The notes under the pieces: model-generated
Database searches by the model: none
What the model was told of the DNA's origin: nothing
Seen by the model: the letters and a program-made list of their open reading frames with translations, nothing else
Part shown: positions 28,913-41,836 of the stretch, one piece after another
Layout: every line of letters begins with the position of its first letter
Position numbering within the stretch: the stretch's first letter is position 1
Position numbers and translations under genes: made by a program
From: Marsupella aquatica
Taxonomy: Eukaryota; Plantae; Marchantiophyta
Direction: 5' to 3'
Assembly: GCA_973895155.1 (NCBI GenBank)
Contig: OZ316898.1
Coordinates: forward strand, 1,242,751 to 1,306,750
Length of the DNA stretch: 64,000 bases

Positions 28913-29546
28913 AAAAAATTACGTTTTTTTCCCTATTTTATTTTGGCAAAAATTAAACTCTGAATGTGCTCTTGCAATAAGGCATTTCTTAAAATTATTG
29001 CATTATTGACTATTTTGAAACCCCTTTGCCAAAAAAACAAATCTTTACTTTTCATTTAATTGTTTACCCCTCTAAGAAAAATTGAAGGTTGTATTTTACC
29101 CATGTCCACAAATCCCAAACAATGTCGGTAATTTTTTCTTTTACAACTTTTCACACAAACCAGCTCCATGTCATGTGGGTAATTTTTTTCCGCTATTTTC
29201 TTTGAACCAAATTTCCAGGCCATGGCTTTGAGAAGTTTAGGGACTAGCTCCATGCAATGTCCGTAATTTTTTTCCTCTAGATTTTGTTTGAACCAAATTT
29301 CCAAGAGATGGCTTACAAATTTATAGGGTTTAAATCAGCATCTCAAGAACTTTGTCAGGGAACTCCAATGTAACCAAAATTTTCCATTATTCATTAGTAG
29401 GTTCTGTTTCACTTTAAAAATTGATCAGTGGTCTCAAGATAAATAGAATCTGGCATGGCCACATTGTCTTTCAAAGGCACATATTCAGGCAAATTATTCC
29501 AAGAACATGTTTCCAAAGTTTCTTTCCTTGTCTCTGCAAAATATCA

Positions 29547-31120
29547 TCAAATCTCACAAATTTTTTCTTTAGCCTCTCTCTTCATTGGAACTCTATGTAA
29601 TGCACTTTTCACAAGAGACACATTCATTACATTACTTCTTGGAGAATCTTCTTGACCAGAATCATCATCCCAATATCTACCATGTTGGGATCTTTGTTTC
29701 TTGACAAAAATATTCTCCATATCTTCTTTCTTAATATTACAAGGATCTACTATATATTTCCAAAGTGAAGTCATCCTAGAAAATTGCATACCTTGTCCAT
29801 TCAGAGGAATAATCCAGCTTGCAATAGACATAAAAATTCCAGACTTGATCATGTCAAGAAGGGCCGGTGGATAAAAAAGTAGCAACAAGAGGTCTGTCAC
29901 ATTTATATTTGTTCCATACATACATTCTTTCACCCACATTTTTGTTAGTTAAAGTTACCTTGGTTTTCAAATCAGCTTTTCCATAGATAGAATGTAATGT
30001 TTTACTTGCTGTCACTTCTGCATCAGTGACATTGAACATTAGAGACTCAAAATGCTCTGCACCTGTATCTTTCAAATACTAACCAATCATGCCTTTGTAG
30101 GTGTGATTAAATCTATTAGTTAACAACTTACAATTCACCTTACCCATAGGATTCATGTTTTTCAAACACTGCCAACCCATATATTTCCTAACAAGCACAC
30201 CAAAAGATCTAGCAGATTTAGTTCTTGCTCTGACGACCATTTGCATATGCAAGTGATTTTCAATATCACCTCTCTCAATGGCAACCCTGGGGGCCTCAAT
30301 CCAAGGGTGTCTCATATCACGCTCGAAGTTTTGGGGGAATAAACACCCTAAAAGTTAAGTCAATAAAGTTTTTTATTTTTACCCTTAACTTAATGGAATA
30401 TTCCAAGAATATTCCCATATTTGATTTTAAAAAACCCTATGATTCTTATAATTCTCAAAATTGGATTAAAATAACCCTAATGTTCTTCAACAAAAATTTA
30501 AAAGTATTTTGCTAAACCCAATTAAAAAACCCTATACTTATTTGCGCATGATGGGTTGGAAGAAAAGAAGTGAGGACCTCGGGATGGCAACTAGACCTGA
30601 TACACGATGGTCTCTCATAAGAGTATTCATGAGGTCAATCTCAGTTGGATTTATATATGCATCTAAGTATCCAATGGTAATACTTAATTCTTTCCCATTA
30701 TCAACCATACTAATATTTCTTTCCTCTATTATCACCAGTCTTGCCTTTCTTTCAAAGAAGCCATGACAAATGAGCACACAGTTCTCTGGACTGTAAATTT
30801 TCATCACCTTCTTTACAAATACAAGGTAGAATATCAAACACAAACATAGGATAAAGATCGTCACTTTTAACAAGAAAAAATACTCTCTCTTTACATTCTA
30901 CTACAGTCTCATCCTCCCCAGTTTCTGGAGTTGAATCTAAGATTCGAAATGGACCACCAAGTATTTTTTCTTGACCTTCTTTACATACAACCCAACAATA
31001 CTTCACGTCTCTTACACAACTAGAAGTTTCCTTTGGAATATTTTCCAAGATAGATTCTCCTATGTCAGATATTGCATAAGGTGTGAGAAGCTCCCTTGGA
31101 AGCTGACTTTCCAAGGACAT
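29547..31120 (-). pseudogene. Replitron-type HUH (Y1) Rep transposase pseudogene
   Basis: Motif I-like ELSITIG; GLVAI|ERG joined after removing the 30286-30583 insertion; HLHMQ (HUH/HUQ); HTYKGMIG*YLKD (GM.GYC.KD-type motif, Tyr codon now TAG at 30079-30081); C-terminal MIKSG..WI..GM..R..LW..P..D..IF. Frameshifts near 30760 and 29860. Confidence 0.8.
30286..30583. mobile_element. 298-bp non-autonomous TIR element (MITE) with 8-bp TSD
   Basis: TSD ATGGCAAC at 30278-30285 and 30584-30591. TIR CCTGGGGGCCTCA / CCCGAGGTCCTCA (rc). Excision restores the Rep reading frame. Confidence 0.85.
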
Positions 31121-31135
31121 GAAGCTTATAGGATG

Positions 31136-32025
31136 CCTTGGGCCCTTAGCATTACTAATACAGGGAGGACGTGTGAACGACGCAAGGGTATTTTTAATGT
31201 AATGTAAACTAATTTTTATAATAATTTTTAAATTAAGTCGATAACATCCCTATATATACATTTGACACAATATTAGTAATAAGGCTCTTATCAAATACAT
31301 GTCACATTACTCTTATGCAAGGGTACCCAAAATGCCAAGGACACGCGTCACTATATGGTTGGTACACGTTTCATGACTTCATTGGCACACCTGTCCATAT
31401 AGTAAATCACACATTTAATTATTTGTTCTCCTAAGACAAGTTTGAGTGCCCCCTTATGGTGGGACAAATGGGTTTGAGTAGACATGTTTACTCGCATTTT
31501 TAGGACTTGAGTCGGGAGTTGAGTAAATGTTGGGTCGGGATCTTTGGGTCCAACTTGGTTGGGGCGGGGGTTGGGGTTTAGGGATTGATGGGGGATTGAT
31601 GGGGACCCATGGATCAATACCCCGTCCATAGCACATACACAAACAAGATTACTTTTCAAATCGGTTCAATCAAACGGCCAGGTGTGTTTGTGTGTGTGGG
31701 GTGGGGGTTTGTACTCCCTGGCTTGATCATTGGGGTGAGGGAGGTATTGGGGGCTGGCCACATTGGGGCTCACTCAACTGAGCCCCAATGATTCTGAATC
31801 GTTTGCATGTTTATATAGAATTCATACTTTTAAGAAGTCAAGGGTGTTTTCAATTACTTGGAAACCTCTTTTATAAGTTACAGAAGGGTCAAATTTAATA
31901 GTAAAGATTAATATTTTTACATTAACAAGAGATATTTTAATGAGGAAAAAAATATTAAGAAGGGGCACAAGGGGGGGTCTGTTCTTAGGGGGTTCACTTA
32001 ATATACTAAGAGTGAGGGCCCGGGG
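31136..32025. mobile_element. 890-bp non-autonomous TIR element with TIRs related to those of 30286-30583
   Basis: TIR CCTTGGGCCCTTA / CCCCGGGCCCTCA (rc). TSD ATAGGATG (31128-31135) vs ATAGGACA (32026-32033), both explicable as CpG-deaminated ATAGGACG. Confidence 0.7.
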
Positions 32026-32223
32026 ATAGGACATTAGAGGATTAAAGAAGAAAACATAATTGTCACAGCAAAATAGAGAAAGTTAGAGGAAAAAGTTAGC
32101 ATAACTCTGTCTCAGCAAAACAGAGAAAGTTAGTAGAACACTGGTTAGCACAACATAGATTAGCACAACACCAGTTGGTTAGCACAAGATCACTGGTTAG
32201 AATGACAAATGTTTTATCAAAGG

Positions 32224-32937
32224 TCACTAAGACTTGAGAGCCAAGCACTGGAGCACACCACTAAATGAAATCCCACTGAAGCGATGGCAAGACTGAGCAC
32301 TGAGAAGTTGGAGCAATGACACAACTGAGCAGTGAACAAAAATCCACTGGATTGATAGCAGGGCTGAGTTCTGAGGCTTGAGACCACTAGGAATTGATGG
32401 CAGAGCTGAGCACTGAAGCAATGGAACTGAACAATAGCCCACCTGAGCCCGCTGGAGCATAGCACTAAACGATAGCCCACGTACTGGAGCCCAATGGAGC
32501 ACTGCATTGAACAAAAACCCACTGCAACGATGGCAGGGCTGAGCACTGAGGCTTGAGAGCACTGGGAAGCAATGGCAAAGCTCACATACAGTAGCCCAGT
32601 TAGTATAATCTGAGCAACTACATGGGAGCAAAGCACAGCAAGGTAGAGCTGAGCACTGAAGCAATGGCACTGAACGATAGCCCACCTGAGCCCACTGGAG
32701 CACAACACTAAATGATAGCCCTTTGGAGCCCAATGGAGCACTACACTGCACGAAAACCCACTGCAACGATGGCAGGGCTGGGCACTAAGGCTTGAGAACA
32801 CTGGGAAGCAATGGCAAAGCTCACACACAGTAGCCCAATTAGTACGATCTGAGCAGCTGCATGGGAGCAAAGCAGAGCAAAGCCCTTGCAAAGCAAAGGC
32901 AGAGCCAAGCAAAGAACCTGATCACTAAGACTTGAGA
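32224..32937. repeat. ~240-bp tandem repeat array built from gagcactg/atggca motifs
   Basis: 32518-32642 ~ 32758-32880. Array bracketed by a perfect 16-bp tcactaagacttgaga (32224, 32922). Confidence 0.8.
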
Positions 32938-33639
32938 TTGGAAGGTGATGGCAAAGTTGTGCACTGAGAGCAAGAGCAGATAGCAGATTCACTGAACAAG
33001 GAGGGAGGTACTGATTGAACTGAGAAAGGAGCTCAGCTTAAGTAGCAGTGAAGCAAGTCTAATCTCCTCCCCATACTAAATGCTAAGGTGAGTCACCCAA
33101 AACATTTAGCTTGGAGACCAGATTATACACATCGTTCACTTTTCCTCATACTTTCAAACTCCAAAATACTTGGAAATCTCCAAGATATATGGAAAGACTT
33201 GTTATACAGAAAACTAGCTCATGGGAAAACTCCTCTGTCCCTCACAGCAACACCGACAGCAAGCAAACAGAGGAGATTGCAGGCACGATCATCGATCCCT
33301 AGGCACATCGAGAGACACGATACATCACACAACACATTGTTGCTGCCGAATGGAATGGTATAGGGTCACGATGGACACACATTCGGCACGATGGACACAC
33401 TGTGACAAAAGACCCTAAACTCTCACGATACATGGATAGTGTGATAGAGCAACAGAGGATGACAATCGGCGCTCCTGCCAGTGAGAGAGTGTGTGGAGAG
33501 CGAGTAACATGGCTGAGGGCGCCCGACATCAACTCCAGTAGACACCGTGCGCTCTCAACTGACTGGTCCCATCAAACTCAATCGTCTCCAACATTCAATC
33601 ACCAAACTCCTTGAGATAGGCCGGGAGATAGGCAACTCT

Positions 33640-34330
33640 TATTCAAGCCAAAGAGTTGAAGCTAGGCAGCAGCATGAGCGGAGGGCAAGGCAGCAACATT
33701 GATCTTGGATCAGGAGAGCAGCCGATTGAGTCCAGCCAATTGAGTCCAGCATCAAACCTACTCAGAGCTATATATTGAGTCCAATCCAGCCGAGACATCG
33801 AGAGGCAGCAGCATTGAGATGGATTCCAGCAGCGAGATCAGACAGCATTGAGATGGAGTCCAGCAGCGAGAGCTGGAGAGCTGAAAGCATCGATCTTGGA
33901 TCAGGAGAGCAGCCAATCAAGTCCAGCCGATCGAGTCCAGCATCAGAGCTACTTAGAGCTATTGAGTCCAATCCAGCTGAGACATCGAGAGGCAGCAGCC
34001 ATGGAGCCCAACAATGAGAGCTGGAGAGCTGAAAATGAGAGCACAGCTAGAATAAGGAGCTCATGAGCAGCACGAAAAGCTCAGCCCCATCACCATCAGC
34101 AGCTCACCATCAGCAGTGAGCAACGAGCTCCGGACCCCCGAGTTCCCCATCAGCAGACATTGAGAGACAGCGAGTCCAGCAGCAACGAGTCCGGCAGCAT
34201 CGAGTCCAACAACATTGAGCCCAACAGCAGTAGCAAGTGAGAGGCATCGAGCACTTTGGGCAAAAACGAGACTTCGGGCAAAAATGAGTGCCATTGAGCA
34301 GCCCAACACTCAGATCAGTATCGAGCCAGC
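33640..34330. repeat. GC-rich degenerate repeats (gagtccagcagc / gagacatcgagaggcagcagc)
   Basis: gatcttggatcaggagagcagcc x2 and attgagtccaatccagc..agacatcgagaggcagcagc x2. Confidence 0.65.
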
Positions 34331-34957
34331 AGCCAGCCAGGCACCAAAAATGAGCAGCAAGTACTTCCAAAAATGAGCCTGCAAATCCAAAATGAGGGAG
34401 AGGAAATGAGCAGCAACTACTCACTACACCACTAGACCAATCCCCACCTTCTAAACATCTTGCCCTACATCCTAAGGCCCCGGTTGTCCTGGCAGCCAAA
34501 GGCTGCCTTGGATACTGTGCCTTGAATACCATGTGTTTTGGATACTGTGTACTGTGCCTTGAATACTATGTTTTGGATACCGCGCTTGATGGCAGAAAAT
34601 ATTCCCAGTTATTGGCGTAAACTTTTTCTCTTAGATCCCTTTTAACAATCATTCACTTTTTCATTTTACTTTTTAAGATATAATATGCGCCATTTCATTA
34701 TACTACAAGACAAAATTAGCAACTGATGTTCCGGAATGGGCCGGCTATATGAAAAAGTTATTACCATTATTTTATGAGGAAAACCATCATCCATAATTTT
34801 GAAATTTGAGATGCCCCACTAATTGCGCATCAAAACAGCCACATACTTATTTAGATGGCACTCAATGGTTTCAACAAATTTATTTGAGTTTATCATGATA
34901 TCGAGTGACATAGTACATCCTATATATTGTCTCCCAATTCATGTTATGTAGGATGAA

Positions 34958-35130
34958 TAACTTGTGGATGCACCTAGACCTGTGAGTGCAATAGAGACTA
35001 CCATAATGTTGAGGACACTGAACCAAACCTCTGAGTGCAATAGAGACTACTGTAGTGTTGGGGACACAGAACTTGTGGATGCACCCATACCTGTCATTGC
35101 AATAGAGACTATTGTAGTGTTCGGGACACA
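34958..35130. repeat. Short tandem repeat, 3 copies of ~50-60 bp
   Basis: tgcaatagagacta...tgtt..ggacac x3; aacttgtggatgcacc x2. Confidence 0.7.
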
Positions 35131-37309
35131 CGCCGGGCAACACTGTAGTTCAATTTTCAGGAGGTTTTCTAAACAACTCAACTTCTAGAAAAATTCTAAC
35201 CAAATGTGCAATTGCATAGAAGCTCACATTAAGTTCTGTTGTCATATAGCATGCTCATCCCGAAACATGTTTGATTTTTTTTTGTCTTGTAATGATTTGA
35301 AAGTAAATAAAATATGATTTAACATAACTAGAAAGATAAAATAATGTAATTAAAGTGCCTGCCAAGAAAAGCACAGGGACCAATGAAAAGTACAATCAAG
35401 TTTTATGATACAAGGATGCTATGATGTGTGCTAACTCAATGTCCTTATGAATGACAACACTCATTTCAATAAAAACCATAAACTTAGGAAAGAAAGACAT
35501 GAGGGAACTTAAGACACACTCAGAATCATTTCTCTCACTCATGAGAATACTTTGTTCAAGTGGTGGAGCAGTTTCATCTCTAACAAATCACAAACATTAA
35601 TATTTATAAGGGGGCTGCCAAAATAAGTTCAAAATACTCTAGAATCCTAAATTAAAGGGGTCCATAAATTAAATAAAAATGTATATGATACACAGGCTGT
35701 CCCTTGATAAGGCACATTGAAATAAAAATATATGACACCAAAACTTTGAATAAGACAAAATCTGAAAGGTGGATTCACCATATAGTAGTTTCAAAAATAG
35801 ATAATGTTGTCAGTAGCATCATTCCTACAGATTAAGCCAAACAATTCATTTTTATTTCTTTCCAAACATAGTGAGCATGGTTGGAAAACTTTTGCAAAAT
35901 GCCACGCCAAAGGACCCGCTTTCAATTGCACTGTGGTGCAGTGTCACCCAACACTATGGTACAGGGTTGTGTTTGACATGCACCATATCCTTGGGAGTGT
36001 TCTTAATGTCAAGGGAGAATTATTACTATCTGTAAGGCAATGACTGACAAATCAAAGTGGAAGCATGGATGGACACAAAGGATTGACATGATGCCCAGAT
36101 AGACATGAAAAACCCTGACAGATCAATACACATGATATGTTTACACTTACTGATATAGTGTGTTTACACTTTTGTTCCAAAACTGCCATGTAAGTATGTC
36201 TTTCACCAATGTGACAGAAGTTTTCACTGGATTTCTCCAATTATTTGGACTTCATTCTCCCTCAACTCAAGGACTTGGGCTCCCTTGGTTATTGTGTATA
36301 TAACTTCTTACACTTCCACACTATACAATGTAAAGTTCCAGTGTCCATCCAACTAGCAACGTGTAATGTCTGTGACCCTCCAAGTGTCGGACCTGTCTTG
36401 CGAGTACTCTCTAACCAAGGAAGTTCAAGGCATTGAAGTTACCATCATCGGAAGTCAGCCAAAAGTCAGACCCCATAACCTAGAAATGAGCACCAAGTTG
36501 GTCCAATTGCCCTGAGACACGTCGGCAACAAATGTTAGAACTTCATTAGGAGTATTTTAGGAGAGGAATAATTTAGGCCTCATGCCTGGACCAGGGCTCT
36601 GATCGAGCCTAGACTGAGGCCCGGACTGAGGTGCTGCAGCCAAGGAATAAGGGTGGTGCAGGCTGTGCCTCGACTCAAAAAGCCATGCACGGACTCGCAT
36701 TGCAATTGTGCCTAGCTAGCTCGACTGGCCCACACCTGAGTAACGATCATACTAGACGCTTAGACCACGGACTCAAACACTACCTATATGGGCATAAATT
36801 TGGCTCCAAATCCGTTTGGGGACCACGAGATCTCATTGCACAATGAGCATTCCAGCACCTACATGCATATTAGAGGGCTAGTCCAATGGACCTCATTAAG
36901 CCCTTCTGATTGGGGGGCCAAAGATAGCAGAACAAACCCATCTAGGGGTGCCAGGATTCCAGAAGCACATGTGATGAAAGTACCCTCACCTGGCCATCAA
37001 GGAGCTTGTGATAATGTTGACGATTCCCCCAAGTTGCCACTCAGGCTTGTAAGCTGGTGACTTGTGGGAAAGCCCTAAGTTGACATCATTCTAAGTGAGG
37101 TAAGGGGAGATTGGTTGGCTTCCAAAGCTCAAGTCACCAAATGGTGAGCTGACCTTGAGGACCCTAAGGTGAGTTGACCTTGAGGAATGCTAGTCTGCTA
37201 TGTGTCAAGAAACCCTTGGTCAATAGTTGAGCCTTTGGATATACCCGAATGCGTGAGGCCCATGGGAGATCCTCTTTGTGCTACTGGACCTGTCACAAAG
37301 CTTGAGACA

Positions 37310-39138
37310 TCAAGAACTATAATACAAGGTTGCGCCTTTTTATGCCATGGTCGTCATTCAAAAATGCAGTGCCAAAAAAAACATTTCAACAAAGAGAAAG
37401 GATAAAACCAAAAGCAAATTAAATATAGAGTGAAGCAAAAAGTACAGGAAATATTTTCACATAAACAGTAATCAATTGGTGGAGACGCAAAACAAAAAAT
37501 GTAACTAACGCTGTTGCATGCACTTTTCACACAAAAAGTAATCTAATGATGGAAACAAAAGACAAAAAAGGTACCTAAAGCTGTTGTATGCAAGAGTATC
37601 ATAAGTCACTATATACCATATCCTCTAAAAATGAATATGGTATTATTTACAAACTCAAGAAAAAATGGAAACAATCCTAGGTCTTAAATAAAAATTTGTT
37701 TTTCTGCAATTGTAGGATCCATCCATGTCTCTATTAATCTCAATTATCTCTGCCCAAGCTACCCATACCCTACCCAAACCCAACCAAGAAAAAAATTAAT
37801 TAAAAATTAATTATTAAAATTGAGACTTAAGGAATTGGATAATAAATTTAAATTTTTGAAAATTCTATATATAAATAATATATATATGATATTAATTTCT
37901 CTAAAAATTTAAAATAAAAAACATATTTTTTTCTGTCACTTGGTTGTGCTTGGACTCTATGTTGCGGTGACTATTATCTCAGTCTCTACCTTGCCTTGAC
38001 ATATTTTTCGCACGACAATTTTTTCTCACCCTCAACATCATTTAGGTCCTTGATGTTTGTTTCTCTCCTCGATATATTTTCGCACCTGACTCAACATCCC
38101 CTTTCTCACCTTGATCTTTATCTCACCTTGACATTTTTCTCTCACCCTCGACATGTTTTCTCTCCTCAATGTCTTTTTCTCACCTCGCCATGTTTTTTCT
38201 CTCCTCGACATCTTTTTCTTCACCTTGACTTCATTGTCTCACCTCAACATCTCTTTTTCTCATTGACATTTGTTTTCACCTCGACATCTGACCTGTTTCT
38301 CACCTCCACATTTTTATCTCACCAGAGCATCTTTCCCTCACTCTCGACATCTTTTCCTCATCTTCACATATTTTTCTCATATCGTCATCTTTTCTCTCCT
38401 TGACATAGTTTTTGCTCTACTTCTTTTTCTTAGCTCAACATCTTTTTTTCTCATCAACATCTTTGTTCACCTCAACATCTTTTTCTCACCTCAACATTTC
38501 TCTCTTTGACATCTTTTTCTCACTTCAATTTCTTTTTCTCACCTCAACATCTATTTTTCACTTCAACATCTTTTTCTCACTACACCATCTTTTGTGCAAC
38601 TTTAGTCCTAACATTTTTTTTACTTAACGACAACTTTTCTCTTAACGACATCTTGGCAACGTGGCATTTCTTTTCATAAGGACATACTGGGTGCCACAAC
38701 ATTATTTTTCTTAACAATATCTTGGTTGATTCGATATATTTTGTCTTAAGGACATTTTGGGTGACACAATATCATTTTTCTTAAGTACATCTTGGGTGAC
38801 ACAATATCTTTTTTCTTTATTAATGACACATTGGGCGACACAACATTGGGCGACACAACATTGGGCGACACAACATTGGGCGACACAACATTTTTTTTTG
38901 TCATGACATCTTCAGCTGGGCGACACAGCATTTTCTTTCTTAACGACATCTTGGGCGACACCACATCTTTTTTTCTTAACAACGTCTTGGGCGACACAAC
39001 ATATTTTTTCTTAACTACATCTTGGGCAACACAACATCTTTTTGTCTTAACAACATCTTAGAGGATACGACATCTTTTTCTTTAATGACATCTTGGGAGA
39101 CATGACATCTTTTGTGCAACGCACAGGTATTGAGCTAG
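37310..39138 (+). mobile_element. Non-autonomous Helitron, ~1.83 kb, related to 12082-13362
   Basis: 5' A|TCAAGAACTATAATAC resembles TCTACAACTATAATAC. 3' hairpin TGTGC-AAC-GCACA (39113-39125) then CTAG|T (39135-39138). Internal tttttctcacctcRacatc minisatellite (38000-38620) and ttgggcgacacaaca array (38640-39100). Confidence 0.8.
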
Positions 39139-40419
39139 TAGGATATAAGACAAAGGATTCCGTTGGAAAGTGGACAGTGGGCAACACCGAGCTTCCACGT
39201 TGAGAAAATTAGTGTCTAGAAGGTAATGGGTGACCTTCCCATGAAAAGGTATTGTGAGCTAAATCAAAGTTTGAGGGCAGGTTTCACATTTGTGAGAAAT
39301 CAAGGTACTCAAGGCCATATCATAGGATAAACTTTGACCCAAGATTTATACACATAAAACCTTGTCGTAGAGAAACCAATTAGGTTTGGGTTTTGGGATC
39401 ACACTGAAATAGATAGGTCCCAGGTTCAATCTCCCCCTCCATGCACAAGCGTGTGCATGTGTGGGTGCATGTTGTACTGGGGAAGGGGGTGGGTCTGTGA
39501 TTGTCTCCACAGTTTTTATTGAATAAAAGGGCGTAGTAGAAACTGATCTATTGCAATCAAGCTAAAACCATTGGGATACCTAGATCAGCAGGAGCATCTA
39601 AGGAATAGTTATCTAAATTTGTGTACAGAGGGGTGAGCTATGTCTGAAGTGTACCATCTGCCTTGAAAACAATTCAAGAGAGAACCTAAATGCAGAAAAA
39701 GTGGCTCTGCCCTAAGTAGCCTGCCCAAACATTCCCCTAACAAAGGAGTTTGCTTCAACAGCCTCTTAGGGCCCGATGACATGACCTAATGTGCCACAAA
39801 CAAAGGATGTTTCCCTCAAGAACATATGAAACCCCCTTCAAGAGCATCTACATGAGAGCTACAAAAATGACCATCAAACTACAAAACTAGCAGGGATGTG
39901 AGGGACATGCCGACATACAATGGAAGCAATATCCCTCTGCATAACACCCTGTGTGGCCGCTCTATGACCCTGGGTTACTCCTCTGTCCCTTCTCATAGCC
40001 GAACCCCCGGGCCCCACCCCACACACACACCCGCGCCTCCCCCCCCCCCCCCCCCCCAACACACACACAGCCCCCCGAGCTGGGCTGTATCCTTAAAAAA
40101 ATTCCCTCCATGCATGGGCTACTCTACCCCTACCTCTGATGATGGTGGCCTACATTGGATGTCCTCTCTGTTCAGCAGGAAGAGAACCTTTCCCTAAAGT
40201 CCATCATTTTTTTGGTTCATTTTTGATATTATGTGTGTGCAAAGGGAATGGTGGTAATTAAATTACAGCAAAATAAGAATAGGCATCTCAAAGCTGAGAA
40301 ATTACCAATGATGGCATTCAGCCATAAACTAGTGGTCATAATTTTTTTACAAGGTTATGTTAATTTCTTTTTTCTTTTTCTTTCACTAACCCCACCAATC
40401 TCTACATTGACTAATGACA

Positions 40420-40680
40420 TATGACCAATCCTTATGGCCAAAAGTTATGTACTATGGATGTCCTCGTGTGTAACTAGGGAGTCATATGACCAGCCAAAAG
40501 TTATGGACTATGGATGTCCTGATCTGTAACTAGGGAGTTATATGACCAGTACTTATGGCCAAAAGTTAAGTTATGGACTATGGATGTCTTGATTATTAGG
40601 TCCATCAAACTGGTGACCAGTCCTTATGGCCAAAAGTTATGGACTGTGGATGGATGTCCTGATAAGGTCCATCAAACTGT
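40420..40680. repeat. Tandem repeat (~55-70-bp units, 4 copies)
   Basis: tgacca(gt)ccttatggccaaaagttatggactatggatgtcctga x4. Reverse complement resembles 28580-28740. Confidence 0.8.
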
Positions 40681-41836
40681 CAGCTTTGAGGCGCTTACAA
40701 ACACCTTTTTGAGGGGCCAGAACCTGGGTTACACCTGTCAGTTACGTGAGAGTTAAATATGGAGACAATTTTTGGGCATCCATTTCGGTGGCTCAAACGT
40801 TTTGGTCTGCGTGGCATTTCCCTGCGTAAATGGTTAAGGTAACTTTTGAAACGACAATAGAGTGGTGACCTCTCCTCTGCCAATTTTGATGCCACCTGAA
40901 TAAAAGACAAATAATACACGTCCAGAATATACAGTGTTTCCTTACCTGTAGAATTGCCCAGCGTAGGTTATAGCTATGTGAAGGGACAGGTTAACGCTTT
41001 GGCTCAGCCCAGTCAGCAGTCTCCCTAGATTTCTGTAATGAACCGCCACACCAGCCCAAATGTACACTTTCCAAACTCATCTACACATGCTTCAAATTAT
41101 GAAACCTTGCGGATCATGAGCCCTTAGCATAGTACCCCAATACAGGCCAGTACCCTGTCCATGGTAACTATTGTTCGTCAGAACTTACAGCCTTGCTAAT
41201 CACAATTGACTAACAATTGAGTTGGAAGGGAAGAGATGCCAGACACTAGTATTCACTGGATGACATGACAACCAAGATCAGAGCTTCAGAGACGGACGCA
41301 TCTTGATGTCGTCAAGGACTCAAATGTACAATCCTACTTGAAGTTATCACTTATTACTGAAAGACACCCCACTAGGGCATAAATTGACCGGCACTCCATT
41401 GCTCACTTCCGAGCGTCACCTGCCGTATAACGAATCGACGTGAAGACACTGTTTGTGCAGAAAAATTCGAATAAGATTGAAGAAAGAGCCAAAGGTGAGC
41501 CTCTGCATTCATAGGTTGTCCTCCTGCATAGAACACAGAGATTATATCAAGCCAGACACCAGAAAAATTGTTGTCATACGACAGAACGTGATCAACTATT
41601 GAAATCATCAAATCTCCCATTTCGAGGCCCAAGAGACCTTGTATACCTCTGTTACAATCAATTTCCATCTTACCAGCTTCTTGCAATGGATAATAAATAA
41701 TCGCATGTTAATTACTATTGGACGTCTCTAGTTATCGTATTTGTGCTTGTAGAAAGAGAAGCTTAGTTTTGGTTTTCGTCCCTCAACACTGTTGTTACCA
41801 CTTTATGGGTCATTCCTGCTACTTTACAGCATCTTA

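Noticed and set aside
32217-32992. Cys-rich minus-strand ORFs (metallothionein-like)
   Set aside because: Several overlapping frames are open because of the DNA tandem repeat; no coherent protein.
35800-36350. Degenerate SWIM/MULE transposase (CKH motifs)
   Set aside because: Only isolated short motifs amid many stops; cannot be supported without a profile search.
36371-37297. Solo LTR (TGTGAC...GTCACA)
   Set aside because: The flanks atgtc and aagct do not form a TSD, so the boundaries are unsupported; it is probably TE-derived.
39360-39530. tRNA gene or tRNA-derived SINE (B-box-like GGTTCAATC at ~39423)
   Set aside because: No cloverleaf, convincing A box or TSD could be found.
41372-41686. 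Additional downstream exon of the NDUFB2/repeat gene
   Set aside because: No phase-compatible strong acceptor, and the repeat ORF already ends with tandem TAA TAA.
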